DNA of 64,000 bases from an uncultured Rubrivirga sp. (GCA_964385255.1 CAYLOH010000006.1:9368-73367); one strand, 5' to 3'; positions 1 through 9,881 are shown, counted from the first letter of the stretch. Program-made: numbers and translations. The notes: generated by a model from the letters alone, not told the origin.

Positions 1-385
1 TCTGGCCGCCATCGTCTTCTTCGGCGCGTTCATTCCGGTGATCGGCGCACCGATCGCGACCTTCTTCGCGGCCATAGTCGCCCTTGCCGAACGCGGTCCC
101 GTTATCGCCCTGCTCGTCATATTGCTGACCGTGGTGGTCGGCTCTTTCGATGGCGACGTTCTTCAACCACTCGTCATGGGCAAGGCGGTGAGTTTGCATC
201 CACTCGCCATCATCTTCGCCATAGCCGCGGGCAGCATCGCGTTGGGCATCGTCGGGGCCTTGATCGCGGTGCCCATCGCAGGCGCGGTCTATGGAGTAGC
301 GAAGTTCGTCACCGGACGCGACCCCGACCATCCGTGGCCGCCGCCACCCCTACCCGCCGCCGCCACCGCGGGCACGTCCTCCTGA
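1..385 (+). CDS. AI-2E family transporter (PerM-like), C-terminal fragment; 5' end lies outside the window
   Basis: The frame is open from the window edge to TGA at 383-385. The translation shows consecutive hydrophobic helices (LLVILLTVVVGSF, LAIIFAIAAGSIALGIVGALIAVPIAGAVYGV) and then a Pro-rich tail, as in AI-2E/PerM permease C-termini. Confidence 0.55.
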   Translation, partial: LAAIVFFGAFIPVIGAPIATFFAAIVALAERGPVIALLVILLTVVVGSFDGDVLQPLVMGKAVSLHPLAIIFAIAAGSIALGIVGALIAVPIAGAVYGVAKFVTGRDPDHPWPPPPLPAAATAGTSS

Positions 386-392
386 GAGGCCG

Positions 393-1439
393 CTACTCGT
401 AGCGGGATTGCTCCCGCCACAGGTCGATGCCACCTTCGACGGCGAAACCATCGATCGCGGCCAGCTCGTCGGACGTGAAGTCCAGGTTCTGGACTGCGCC
501 GACTGTCTCGAGCAATTGCGTTGCCGAACTCGCACCGACGAGTGTGGTGGTCACCCGCGGGTCCCGCAGCGTCCACGCGACCGACATCTGAGCAAGTGAC
601 TGGCCGCGGGAACGTGCGATTTCGGCAAGTCCGCGCAATCGAGCCGCATTCTCCGCATTCACCATCGACGGGTCTAGGGACTTCCCTTCGGTCGCACGAG
701 AACCGGCGGGAATGCCGTTGACGTATCGATCCGTCAACATTCCCTGCGCCAAAGGACTGAAGGTGATCGCTCCGGCGCCCACTTCCTCCAACACATCGAG
801 GAGCAGGTCCTCCTCGATCCAGCGATTGAGCATGGAGTACGACGGCTGGTGAATCAGCAAAGGGACGCCCATCTCCGCGAGGATGCGCGCCGCCTTGACC
901 GTCCTCGCGGGACCATAGGAGGAGATGCCCACGTACAACGCCTTGCCTTGTTGTACAGCCGTGGCGAGGGCACCCATCGACTCCTCGAGGGGAGTGTCCG
1001 GATCCGGACGGTGGTGATAGAAGATGTCCACGTAGTCCAGTCCCAGGCGTTCCAGACTCTGGTCGAGACTTGCCAAGATGTACTTGCGCGATCCGAGGTT
1101 TCCGTAGGGCCCCGGCCACATGTCCCACCCGGCCTTGGACGAAATGATGAGCTCATCGCGGTAGCGGCCGAAGTCCTCCCGAAGGATGCGGCCGGCGTTT
1201 ATCTCAGCGGAGCCATATGGCGGTCCGTAGTTGTTCGCCAGATCGAAGTGCGTGATGCCGAGATCGAATGCCGTGTGCATAATCTCGCGCTGCCCGATCA
1301 AGGGCTTGTCATCCCCGAAGTTGTGCCAAAAGCCCAGCGAGATGACCGGTAGGTCGAGCCCGCTGCGACCGCAACGACGAAAAGGCATCCGTCCGTCGTA
1401 TCGATTCGGGTCGGGAACGTAGTGGGGCGCGATATCCAT
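393..1439 (-). CDS. Aldo/keto reductase, YghZ/Gpr-like (L-glyceraldehyde-3-phosphate reductase type)
   Basis: 348-aa ORF with AKR signatures: GITHFDLANNYGPPYGSAE, LDYVDIFYHHRPD, ALYVGISSY, SPLAQGMLT. Confidence 0.85.
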   Translation of the reverse strand: MDIAPHYVPDPNRYDGRMPFRRCGRSGLDLPVISLGFWHNFGDDKPLIGQREIMHTAFDLGITHFDLANNYGPPYGSAEINAGRILREDFGRYRDELIISSKAGWDMWPGPYGNLGSRKYILASLDQSLERLGLDYVDIFYHHRPDPDTPLEESMGALATAVQQGKALYVGISSYGPARTVKAARILAEMGVPLLIHQPSYSMLNRWIEEDLLLDVLEEVGAGAITFSPLAQGMLTDRYVNGIPAGSRATEGKSLDPSMVNAENAARLRGLAEIARSRGQSLAQMSVAWTLRDPRVTTTLVGASSATQLLETVGAVQNLDFTSDELAAIDGFAVEGGIDLWREQSRYE

Positions 1440-1480
1440 GCCAGGATTGTGTCACTTCTTCGGGACCCGAAAGGTCGACC

Positions 1481-2314
1481 ATGACTCGCATTCCTCATGT
1501 CACGCTCCATGACGGGCTTCATATTCCCCAGATCGGACTCGGTGTGTGGCAGGTGCCCGACGACGTGGCCACCGACGCGTGCCTCACCGCATTCGAGGCT
1601 GGCTACCGGCACATCGACACTGCGGCTCTGTACGGCAACGAAGAGGGCGTGGGACGGGCACTTGCAGCCTCGGGGCTACCCCGCGAGGACGTGTACGTGA
1701 CCACCAAGGTCTGGAACACCGATCAGGGGCACGACAGAACGGTTGCGGCCATGGAGGCCAGCCTGAAGCGCCTCGGGCTCGACTACGTCGACCTCTACCT
1801 CATCCACTGGCCAACCCCGGCTCGCGATCTCTACGTCGAGACGTGGGAGACCGTGCTGGAGCTTCAACAGCGGGGCTTGACCAAGAGCGCAGGGGTTTCG
1901 AACTTCCATGGTGAACACCTGCGTCGGATCATCGATGCAACCGGCGTGACCCCTGTGGTCAACCAGATCGAGTTGCATCCGTGGTTGCCCCAGCGCGAGG
2001 TGCGCGCGATCGATGCCGACCTCGGGATCGTGACCGAAGCCTGGTCCCCGCTGGCCTCCGGCGGCTTGGTGGACGACGCCGAACTCGCGACCATCGGTGA
2101 CAAGTACGGCAAGACCGCCGCCCAAGTGATGATCCGGTGGCACCTGCACATCGGCAACGTCGTGCTGCCCAAATCCGTCACCCCCGAGCGGATTCACGAG
2201 AACGTGGACGTCTTCGACTTCGAACTCGACGCCGACGACCTCATCACCATCGAGGGCATGGAGGACCCCTCGCGACGCACCGGACCAGACCCGGACACTT
2301 TCAACCACGCCTAA
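1481..2314 (+). CDS. Aldo/keto reductase, DkgA-like (2,5-diketo-D-gluconate reductase type)
   Basis: 277 aa with YRHIDTAALYGNEEGVG, LDYVDLYLIHWP, NQIELHPW and EAWSPL motifs. It lies divergent from the first AKR with a 41-bp spacer. Confidence 0.85.
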   Translation: MTRIPHVTLHDGLHIPQIGLGVWQVPDDVATDACLTAFEAGYRHIDTAALYGNEEGVGRALAASGLPREDVYVTTKVWNTDQGHDRTVAAMEASLKRLGLDYVDLYLIHWPTPARDLYVETWETVLELQQRGLTKSAGVSNFHGEHLRRIIDATGVTPVVNQIELHPWLPQREVRAIDADLGIVTEAWSPLASGGLVDDAELATIGDKYGKTAAQVMIRWHLHIGNVVLPKSVTPERIHENVDVFDFELDADDLITIEGMEDPSRRTGPDPDTFNHA

Positions 2315-2317
2315 ACG

Positions 2318-2422
2318 CGAACTGCCAAATATTTCGCGCGAATTGCCAAGTGAGGACGCGCGAACTGCCGGCAGTTCGCGCGGAAGAACTTGGCAATTCG
2401 ACTGCGAATATTTGGCAGTTCG
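2318..2422. repeat. Three-tier nested inverted repeat, probably a bidirectional terminator or REP-like element
   Basis: Outer arms 2318-2337/2404-2422 pair over 19 bp with one bulge. Middle arms 2339-2351/2388-2400 pair over 13 bp. The core is a perfect 24-nt palindrome, GCGCGAACTGCCGGCAGTTCGCGC, at 2358-2381. The element occupies nearly the whole gap between convergent stops at 2314 and 2434. Confidence 0.7.
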
Positions 2423-2433
2423 GCGGAAGCGGG

Positions 2434-2949
2434 TTACGCGGCGGCGCGGGCGTCCAGGTTCTCCTGCGGCAACATGTCACCGGCGGCCTCGCAGCTGCGT
2501 TCGATGCGCGAGGCCGACGACTCGATGCGACTCATCTGCTTTGGCTTGATGCCATCGATGCCGTCCTTGTTCGGCACGCGTCCGAGATTCTTCTGGATCC
2601 GGTTCGCGTTGATCAGGGCACTCTCGGGTAGATCCCCGGAGATGTAGGCCTCTTCGGTGGCCAACACCAACTCGTCCGACAGGCCCTTCATCTCGGCCAG
2701 CAGGTCGCGCTTCCTCTTCTTCTTCGCATCCGCCGCAGCCTTCGCCTCGCTCATCTTCAGGTCGAAGGCGAAATAAGTCGCGCAAGCGTCGATCACCTGG
2801 ATGGCTTCCTCGACCTCGGTATCCAAAGCCGCCGTGGGCGCGTCCGTGGGCGTCGTCGCGTCGGTGGCGACCTCAGACGAGCCCCCACAGGCCGCCAGGC
2901 TCAGCGCCAGTGCGCTACCTGCCGCGATAGCCAGCCACCTGCGCTTCAC
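2434..2949 (-). CDS. Secreted lipoprotein of unknown function
   Basis: GTG at 2949 lies 6 nt after an AGGAGG. The signal peptide MKRRWLAIAAGSALALSLAAC carries the lipobox LAAC. The mature part is helical, charged and Lys-rich, with two further Cys residues. Confidence 0.7.
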   Translation of the reverse strand: MKRRWLAIAAGSALALSLAACGGSSEVATDATTPTDAPTAALDTEVEEAIQVIDACATYFAFDLKMSEAKAAADAKKKRKRDLLAEMKGLSDELVLATEEAYISGDLPESALINANRIQKNLGRVPNKDGIDGIKPKQMSRIESSASRIERSCEAAGDMLPQENLDARAAA

Positions 2950-3033
2950 GAGAACCTCCTGACGCCGGGAAATATCACGAAATCATAACGTGGTCGCCCC
3001 CACGGCGTCGGACTTTGGTGAAACTCGACGGGG

Positions 3034-4779
3034 CTAGGACCTCTCCCAGGCGACCGTGCCACCGACATACGTGGTCTGGAAGGCGATCTCCGCCCAACTC
3101 GAAGGGTCCGAACTCCACGGATCTCCGTCCGCGATCCCGAAGTCTGCAGCCTTCCCCACTTCGAGGCTGCCACGGTCATCTGCATGGATCTGCCAAGCAG
3201 CGTTCGTGGTGATCGCGGCGAGAGCCTGATCCGGCGTAGCGCACTCTGCTGCGTTCAACACCTGTCCATCCGCCTTGGTCTTGCGCAATACGGCGGTCTG
3301 GGCGCTGAGGAGCGGATGTACCTCGGTGACGTTGTAGTCGGAATGCAAGGACGGTCGCAAGCCAGCCTTGTATGCAGAGGCCACACGATCCAATCTGCCT
3401 GCCCTCACCGGTCCCAAGATCGTGTCGCGGAATGCCGCTCCCCAGTAGTACACGTGGTTCATCAGGAAACTCGGTGACAGTCCCGCCGCAGCGATTCGGG
3501 CAAGCTGATCATCCGTGGTGAACGAGCAGTGTTCGAGTCGGTGACGGAGGTCGTGAGCACCGTAACTCGGCAAGATCTCCTCGAAGGCTTCGAGTGCGAA
3601 CTCCACGGCCGCATCTCCGTTGGTGTGCACCATGATCTGCCAACCGTCATCGAGCCCGGCCTTCATGGCTTCCCGGAGACCTTCGGGTGTGTAGTCCGCC
3701 TTGCCGCCGTTGTCCTCGCCCAGGTAGGGCTGCAAGAAGTAGCCAGATCGGCCCTGATTCGAGCCGTCCGAGACGATCTTCCAGGCATCCGCACGCACCA
3801 TTTCATCGCCGCTGAAAGGCGTGACGCCCGCTTGCTTCCACGCCGCCGCAACCTGAACCGGTGACATCCCCGGCAACACGGCGAACTGCGCGGTCGATAC
3901 CCGGACGGGAAACCGAGACTGCCCGTTGAGTTGATGAAGCAGCGCCATCTCCTTCGGTCCAGCGAGCGCGCCGGTAGCGGCTTCCCGAACCGAGGTGACG
4001 CCTTGAGCGGCGCACGCGGTGAGGATCTGCCGGATGTACATCGCGACATCGGCCATGTTCGGCTTGGGCAACCCCTTGAGGACGAGTTGCAGCGCAGGCG
4101 GCTCTCCCACGACGCCGGTCATCTTGCCGTCGGCGCGCTCGAAGGTCCCGCCCGCAGGATCGGGGGTCTGGTCCGTGATTCCCGCCGCCTGCAGCATCAA
4201 GCTGTTCACGTACATGAAGTGACCGGATGCGTTCCACACCAGCACCGGGTTATCCGGCGCGATCTGGTCCAGTTGGGCTCGCGTCAACACCGGTTCGCCG
4301 GGATACAGGCTGGGATCGAAGGCCTTGAAGCAGACGACCTGACCCTTCGGGGCCTTCGCGACCGCCGTCTTGATCACCGCGACGACATCGTCCAGCGTTG
4401 GACAGATCTCGTGCGAAAGGTCCACGTTCGGGTAGGTCAGTAACGACGTCCAAATGTGCATGTGCGGCTCGATCAGCCCGGGGAGGATCACTCCCCCTGG
4501 CTTGACTACCTGGGTTGACGCATCGACCAGGCCGTCGACATCCGACTGCGATCCGATGCCAACTATGCGTCCACCGGAGATCGCCATCGCCTCCGCGTTC
4601 GGGGCGGCGGGGTTGTTCGTGACGATGTTCCCGACCACCAGCAGGTCCGCCTTGGCACCTGCCGGTTGTCCCGCGGCGTGCTGGGCGGGGACGACCTGAT
4701 CGGGACCGTCGCTCAAAGCCGGTCCGACTACCGCGGCGGCCAGACCCTTCGGGTTGCAGCAGGACGTACTCGACAACAT
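3034..4779 (-). CDS. Amidohydrolase family protein (YtcJ-like, amidohydrolase_3)
   Basis: 581 aa with an N-terminal metal-binding HxH (LIEPHMHIW) and the later motifs MVHTNGD, LEHCSF and SLHSDY, typical of TIM-barrel metal-dependent hydrolases. The start is 12 nt after the MFS stop, with a GAAAGG Shine-Dalgarno. Confidence 0.8.
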   Translation of the reverse strand: MLSSTSCCNPKGLAAAVVGPALSDGPDQVVPAQHAAGQPAGAKADLLVVGNIVTNNPAAPNAEAMAISGGRIVGIGSQSDVDGLVDASTQVVKPGGVILPGLIEPHMHIWTSLLTYPNVDLSHEICPTLDDVVAVIKTAVAKAPKGQVVCFKAFDPSLYPGEPVLTRAQLDQIAPDNPVLVWNASGHFMYVNSLMLQAAGITDQTPDPAGGTFERADGKMTGVVGEPPALQLVLKGLPKPNMADVAMYIRQILTACAAQGVTSVREAATGALAGPKEMALLHQLNGQSRFPVRVSTAQFAVLPGMSPVQVAAAWKQAGVTPFSGDEMVRADAWKIVSDGSNQGRSGYFLQPYLGEDNGGKADYTPEGLREAMKAGLDDGWQIMVHTNGDAAVEFALEAFEEILPSYGAHDLRHRLEHCSFTTDDQLARIAAAGLSPSFLMNHVYYWGAAFRDTILGPVRAGRLDRVASAYKAGLRPSLHSDYNVTEVHPLLSAQTAVLRKTKADGQVLNAAECATPDQALAAITTNAAWQIHADDRGSLEVGKAADFGIADGDPWSSDPSSWAEIAFQTTYVGGTVAWERS

Positions 4780-4791
4780 GGGCGTGCCTTT

Positions 4792-6345
4792 CTATTGGTC
4801 GACGGCCGGCGACTCGGGCCGGGGCGGCGCGGACTTGGAATTCCTCAGCAGTGCAGTTGCCGCGATTGCAGCAACGAGAATGAGACCGGCTGTCACGAGC
4901 ATCACGACGCTGAACGCGCTGCTGTAACTGGCAACAGCGTCGGTTAGGGCTTCCTTGCCGAGTTGGGTCGAGGGATCGGTGCCCGAGCGCACGTATTGGT
5001 TCAGTGAGGTGACGGCCGTGCCGATGGAGTCCGGTTGGACGCCTGCGTCGGTCAACTTCTGGGTAACGCCACCCAGCGTCAGGCGGTCGACCATCACGGT
5101 GGCGGCGGCGAAGCCGATCGAGTAGAAGAACTGACCGATCGTCGTTCGCGAACTCGTGACCGGTCCGTACTGATCCGGTGGCGCCTCCTTGATGATCATG
5201 CTGCCGAATGGGATGGACACGATCACGACGCCGGCTCCCACCAGGACGATGGCAGGCAAGAACGCCCAAAACGACTTCTGGCTGCTCACAAGAGCCAGCA
5301 TCACGAAGCCGGCGACGGCGAACAGCGATCCCATCAGCAGCGCAGATCGATTCGTCAGGCCCTTGGACATGAATCGGCCGGTAATCAGTGCGCTGACGAT
5401 GCCGGCGGCGGTCAACGGAAGTTGCCACAGTGCGATGTCACGTGTCGCGACACCGGTGACGTACTGCCAAAGGTTCGTGGTTTGGAGGAAGGAGACGGCG
5501 GTACCGAAGTTGTAGATGAAGCCCGCAAGTATCGCGGCGATGAATATGGGCGAACGGAACAACGCGACCGGATAGAAGGAACTCTTGGACTTCGACTCGT
5601 GGACGAAGAACACGATCATCAAGGCTGCGCCGGCAACGAGCGGGATCAACGTGCGGGGCGAGGTCAGGCTGACACCCAACTGGCTTACCCCGTACAGGAA
5701 CCCGATGATTCCGAAGCCCAACAGCAACTGCCCGACGACGTCCAAGGATCCCTTCTTGCCGTGCGGCACCTTCGGCAAGATCCAGGGAGCCGCGAGGAAT
5801 GCGAGCACGCTCACACCCGCAAGGACGAAGAAGCCCAACCGCCAGTTGACGCCAACGGCGAGTCCCCCGACGAAGGTCAAGATGACGGTCGTCAAACCTA
5901 TAGAGGCCCCGAACACGCCCAGTGCCGCGGGGAGCTTCCCAGGCTTTGCGACCGCGGAGATATAACCGAAGGCCGACCCGTACACAGCACCCATGCCCAC
6001 GCCCATGACGACCTGACCGAGCAGATACACGATCGACACCGGGGCTAGTCCGGATATCGCGCTGCCGCTGGCCCCGATCAACAGGGCAGCCAACAAGACC
6101 TTGCGCCGCCCGAGTCGATCAGCGAGTAGGCCGGTCGTAATCACGGTCGCCGCGATCGCGATGGTCTGTGCGCTCGCCGCGAGGGCGACGAGACCTTGCG
6201 TCATCCCCAGGTCCTTGGCCAAACTCACGAGCGCCGTGCTGTTGACGTTCGGGGAGGAGCCCTGAATCGCCCCGAGGATGCCCAGGAATGGGACCGCGAA
6301 GGCGAGGAACTTCGGCGCGTGTGACGTTGATGCGGGTGCGGACAT
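4792..6345 (-). CDS. MFS transporter, DHA2-like (about 14 TMS)
   Basis: 517 aa with roughly 14 hydrophobic segments and an MFS motif-A-like LADRLGRRKVL. It lies directly upstream of the amidohydrolase. Confidence 0.85.
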   Translation of the reverse strand: MSAPASTSHAPKFLAFAVPFLGILGAIQGSSPNVNSTALVSLAKDLGMTQGLVALAASAQTIAIAATVITTGLLADRLGRRKVLLAALLIGASGSAISGLAPVSIVYLLGQVVMGVGMGAVYGSAFGYISAVAKPGKLPAALGVFGASIGLTTVILTFVGGLAVGVNWRLGFFVLAGVSVLAFLAAPWILPKVPHGKKGSLDVVGQLLLGFGIIGFLYGVSQLGVSLTSPRTLIPLVAGAALMIVFFVHESKSKSSFYPVALFRSPIFIAAILAGFIYNFGTAVSFLQTTNLWQYVTGVATRDIALWQLPLTAAGIVSALITGRFMSKGLTNRSALLMGSLFAVAGFVMLALVSSQKSFWAFLPAIVLVGAGVVIVSIPFGSMIIKEAPPDQYGPVTSSRTTIGQFFYSIGFAAATVMVDRLTLGGVTQKLTDAGVQPDSIGTAVTSLNQYVRSGTDPSTQLGKEALTDAVASYSSAFSVVMLVTAGLILVAAIAATALLRNSKSAPPRPESPAVDQ

Positions 6346-6468
6346 ACGTGACCTTCCTAGACTGAGTGTCCAGAAGGTATCCCAAATTCGCGATGTTGCC
6401 AGTTCTAACTCAGATTCGTGGTTCTCGCGCCGCAGCCTTGATTCTGCTCAGCACCTACCCAAGTAAGA

Positions 6469-6502
6469 AGCGGTGGCGAAGCCCTGGGGCTCCGCCACCG
6501 CT
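6469..6502 (-). terminator. Intrinsic terminator downstream of nrdJ
   Basis: Perfect 10-bp stem AGCGGTGGCG/CGCCACCGCT (6469-6478 / 6493-6502), extendable with one mismatch. On the minus strand it is followed by the T-rich CTTCTTACTT. It sits 15 nt after the nrdJ stop. Confidence 0.6.
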
Positions 6503-6516
6503 ACATGGGGTCGATC

Positions 6517-9330
6517 TCAACTGCAGCCGGACGTGCTTCCGCATCCCTCGCACACGTAGCAGCTGCCAGCCGGACGCATCTTGATACCGCAGGTCATGCA
6601 CAGCGGAGCATCCGATGCGGTGCCGGTGATCTCCTCGAGGAGCTCCGCACTCGAATGCGCGGTGCTGACCCTGGGTGCGGCCGGCACGTCCTCCTGGATC
6701 ACCTCATCGACGACCAGATCGGCCGCAGGTGCTGCGATCTGGGGTGCCTGGTAGGCCGCAGCCACCGTTGCAGCGCGCTCGTCCGCGGTGAAGATGCCCA
6801 GCGCCTCACGCTTCTCGTACGGCAGGTAGTCCAATGCCAACCGGCGGAAGATGTAATCCATGATCGACTGACTCATCCGGATGTCCGGATCGTCGGTCAG
6901 GCCCGCCGGCTCGAAGCGCATGTTGACGAACTTCGAGACGAACGCTTCCAGCGGCACGCCGTACTGAAGCGCGATGCTGATGGCGACCGAGAAGGCATCC
7001 ATCACGCCCGCCAGGGTGGAACCCTGCTTGCCTAGCTTGAGGAACACCTCGCCGAGTTCACCGTCCTCGTAACTACCGGCGGTGAGATATCCCTCTGCCC
7101 CCGCGACCGAGAAGCTGGTGGTGCGGCTCGGGCGTGACTTCGGCAGGCGCCTGCGGATCGGCTGACCGATCCCCTCGATGGCGGCCTCGACCTGAGCCTC
7201 GACCTTCGCTGCCTTGGCATCGCTGAGCGGTTGACCCACCTTGCAGTTGTCGCGGTAGATCGCCAGCGCCTTCAGTCCGAGCTTCCAGCCCTCGTAGTAG
7301 ATCTCCTCGACCTCTTCGATGGTTGCACTCTCGGGCATGTTGACCGTCTTGGAGATCGCGCCGGAGATGAACGACTGGACCGCGGCCATCATCCGGACGT
7401 GTCCCATCGGTGAGATGGAGCGTGCACCCATAGCGGTGTCGAAGATGGCGTAGTGCTCGGTCTTGAGACCTGGCGCATCCACCACGTGACCGTTCTCGGA
7501 GATGTACTCCACGATGGCCTCGATGGTCTCCTCGGTGTAGCCGAGCTTGCGCAGGGCGCGAGGGATCGTCTGGTTGACGATCTGCATCGATCCCCCGCCG
7601 ACGAGCTTCTTGAACTTCACCAAAGAGAAGTCCGGTTCGATGCCGGTGGTATCGCAGTCCATCATGAAGCCGATGGTTCCTGTCGGCGCAAGCACGGACG
7701 CCTGAGCATTCCGCCATCCGTTCTTCTCGCCGGTGGCCAGGCAGGCCTCCCAGTTCTTGATGGCGAGTTTGAGGACGTCGCCGTCCAGACTCGAGACGTT
7801 GCGGACGTTGTCGTTGGCGGCAGCGTGCTTACGCATCACACGCTTGTGAGCGGACTCGTTGCGGGCGTAGCCCTCGTAGGGGCCCACCACACCGGCGAGT
7901 TCGGCACTGCGCTTGTAGGCAGTACCGGTCATCAACGAGGTGATGGCGGCGGCGAAGGAACGGCCAGCGTCGGAGTCGTATGGCAGGCCGGTGGCCATCA
8001 ACAGGGCACCGAGATTCGCGTAGCCGATACCGAGTTGGCGGTAGCGACGAGTCGTGTCGCCAATGGCCTCGGTCGGGAAATCGGCGAAGGAAATCGAGAT
8101 GTCCATCGCGGTGATGACGAACTCGACCGCCTTCGCGAAGCGCTCGGCGTCGAAGGTGTCGTCGTCCTTGAGGAACGTCATGAGGTTGAGCGAGGCCAGG
8201 TTGCACGAGGAGTTGTCCAGGCTCATGTACTCCGAGCATGGATTCGAGGCGTTGATGCGGCCAGTCTCGGGGTTCGTGTGCCAGTCGTTGATGGTGTCGT
8301 CGTACTGGATGCCCGGGTCCGCGCATGCCCATGCGGCCTCCGCCATGGTGCGGAACAACCGCTTGGCGTTGACGGTGTCGATGACCTCACCGGTGCTACG
8401 AGCCACCAGCCCGAAATCGGCATCGGCCTCGACGGCGCGCATGAACTCATCCGACACCCGTACCGAGTTGTTCGCGTTCTGGTACTGCACCGAGGTGATG
8501 TCCTTGCCACCGAGGTCCATGTCGTAGCCGGCGTCGCGGAGGACGCGGATCTTCTCCTCCTCGCGGACCTTCGTCTCGATGAACTCCTCGATGTCCGGGT
8601 GATTGACGTCGAGCACGACCATCTTGGCCGCACGGCGAGTCGCACCACCGGACTTGATGGTGCCCGCAGAGGCATCGGCACCGCGCATGAACGAGACGGG
8701 CCCCGACGCGGTTCCACCGGAGGACTTGAGCAGCTCCTTGCTCGATCGGATGCGAGACAGGTTCAAGCCAGCACCGGAGCCGCCCTTGAAGATGAAGCCC
8801 TCTTCCTTGTACCAGTTGAGGATCGACTCCATCGTGTCGTCGACGGAGAGGATGAAGCACGCACTCACCTGCTGCGGTGCGGTGGTACCGACGTTGAACC
8901 ACACAGGAGAGTTGAAGCTGAACACCTGGTGCACGAGCATGTACGTGAGCTCGTGCTCGAAGATCTGCGCGTCCTCTTCCGTGCGGAAGTATCCGTGCTC
9001 CTTGCCTGCCTGGGTGTACGTGAGCACGACGCGATCGATCAACTGCTTGAGGCTCCACTCGCGTTGTTCGGTCCCGACCGCACCGCGGAAGTACTTGGTC
9101 GTGACGATCGTGGACGCGTTGACGCTCCAGAAGTCCGGGAACTCGACCCCGCGCTGCTCGAAGACGACCTCTCCCGTCTTCCAGTTGTTCTGGACGACGT
9201 CGCGGCGCTCCCAGGTGATCTCGTCGTACGGGTGAACACCAGGCGTGGTGTAGAGCCGCTCCATGACGAGGCCGGGTTTGCGCAGCGTGTTGTGCACGAA
9301 GCCGGCGGGTGCGCTGGTCGTCTGGGACAT
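6517..9330 (-). CDS. nrdJ: Vitamin B12-dependent (class II) ribonucleotide reductase
   Basis: 937 aa from ATG 9330 (MSQTTSAPAGFVHNT...). NrdJ hallmarks are present: TTKYFRG, NPCSEY, SCNLASLNL, and the C-terminal Cys-rich tail CMTCGIKMRPAGSCYVCEGCGSTSGCS. The longer 1091-aa ORF is an Arg-rich extension that overlaps nrdR. Confidence 0.95.
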   Translation of the reverse strand: MSQTTSAPAGFVHNTLRKPGLVMERLYTTPGVHPYDEITWERRDVVQNNWKTGEVVFEQRGVEFPDFWSVNASTIVTTKYFRGAVGTEQREWSLKQLIDRVVLTYTQAGKEHGYFRTEEDAQIFEHELTYMLVHQVFSFNSPVWFNVGTTAPQQVSACFILSVDDTMESILNWYKEEGFIFKGGSGAGLNLSRIRSSKELLKSSGGTASGPVSFMRGADASAGTIKSGGATRRAAKMVVLDVNHPDIEEFIETKVREEEKIRVLRDAGYDMDLGGKDITSVQYQNANNSVRVSDEFMRAVEADADFGLVARSTGEVIDTVNAKRLFRTMAEAAWACADPGIQYDDTINDWHTNPETGRINASNPCSEYMSLDNSSCNLASLNLMTFLKDDDTFDAERFAKAVEFVITAMDISISFADFPTEAIGDTTRRYRQLGIGYANLGALLMATGLPYDSDAGRSFAAAITSLMTGTAYKRSAELAGVVGPYEGYARNESAHKRVMRKHAAANDNVRNVSSLDGDVLKLAIKNWEACLATGEKNGWRNAQASVLAPTGTIGFMMDCDTTGIEPDFSLVKFKKLVGGGSMQIVNQTIPRALRKLGYTEETIEAIVEYISENGHVVDAPGLKTEHYAIFDTAMGARSISPMGHVRMMAAVQSFISGAISKTVNMPESATIEEVEEIYYEGWKLGLKALAIYRDNCKVGQPLSDAKAAKVEAQVEAAIEGIGQPIRRRLPKSRPSRTTSFSVAGAEGYLTAGSYEDGELGEVFLKLGKQGSTLAGVMDAFSVAISIALQYGVPLEAFVSKFVNMRFEPAGLTDDPDIRMSQSIMDYIFRRLALDYLPYEKREALGIFTADERAATVAAAYQAPQIAAPAADLVVDEVIQEDVPAAPRVSTAHSSAELLEEITGTASDAPLCMTCGIKMRPAGSCYVCEGCGSTSGCS

Positions 9331-9374
9331 GGGTGGTGCCTTTCTGCTGGGAGCGGACGGGTAACGGGAAGCTC

Positions 9375-9881
9375 TTACGTGCGGGAAGTCTCGGGTTGGG
9401 GTGTGACAGTTATGTCGGGTTCGACGGCGGTGGGCTCGCCCTCGGCGCGAAGCAGCGCTATCTCCGCCTCGAAGTCCTCCAGGGAGTCGAAGGACCGGTA
9501 CACCGAGGCGAATCGCAGGTAGGCGACCTCGTCGAGTTCGCGCAGGGGTCCCAAAATCGCGAGGCCGACTTCCTCCGCGGGGATCTCCGCATTGCCCGTG
9601 GCCCGAAGGCTGTCTTCCACGCGTTGGGCCAAGACGGCTAGTTGATCGTCGTCGACGGGTCGGCCCTGGCAAGCCTTGCGGACACCGAGCACCACCTTGT
9701 GTCGGCTGAAGGGTTCGCCAACCCCCGAGCGCTTGATGACGTTCAGTTGTGCGGACTCGGCGGTCGTGAACCGGCGCCCGCAGGTGGCGCACTCGCGACG
9801 TCGGCGGATGGCCGATCCCTCATCGATGACACGGGAGTCGACGACGCGGGAATCCTCCGCGCGGCAAAATGGGCACCTCAT
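9375..9881 (-). CDS. nrdR: Transcriptional repressor NrdR
   Basis: [17 protein letters not shown]...[10 protein letters not shown] zinc ribbon followed by an ATP-cone. It lies 44 bp upstream of nrdJ in the nrdRJ operon layout. Confidence 0.95.
   Translation of the reverse strand: MRCPFCRAEDSRVVDSRVIDEGSAIRRRRECATCGRRFTTAESAQLNVIKRSGVGEPFSRHKVVLGVRKACQGRPVDDDQLAVLAQRVEDSLRATGNAEIPAEEVGLAILGPLRELDEVAYLRFASVYRSFDSLEDFEAEIALLRAEGEPTAVEPDITVTPQPETSRT

Noticed and set aside
7453-9522. A 689-aa plus-strand ORF.
   Set aside because: It is antisense to nrdJ. Its composition is low-complexity (Leu/Val/Asp/Arg/Gly) with no recognisable motifs, as expected for a shadow ORF.
6517-9792. A 1091-aa ORF that extends nrdJ 154 codons upstream.
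   Set aside because: The extension is Arg/Pro-rich, overlaps the well-supported nrdR frame, and precedes a clean NrdJ N-terminus at ATG 9330. It is a stop-free artefact of high G+C.
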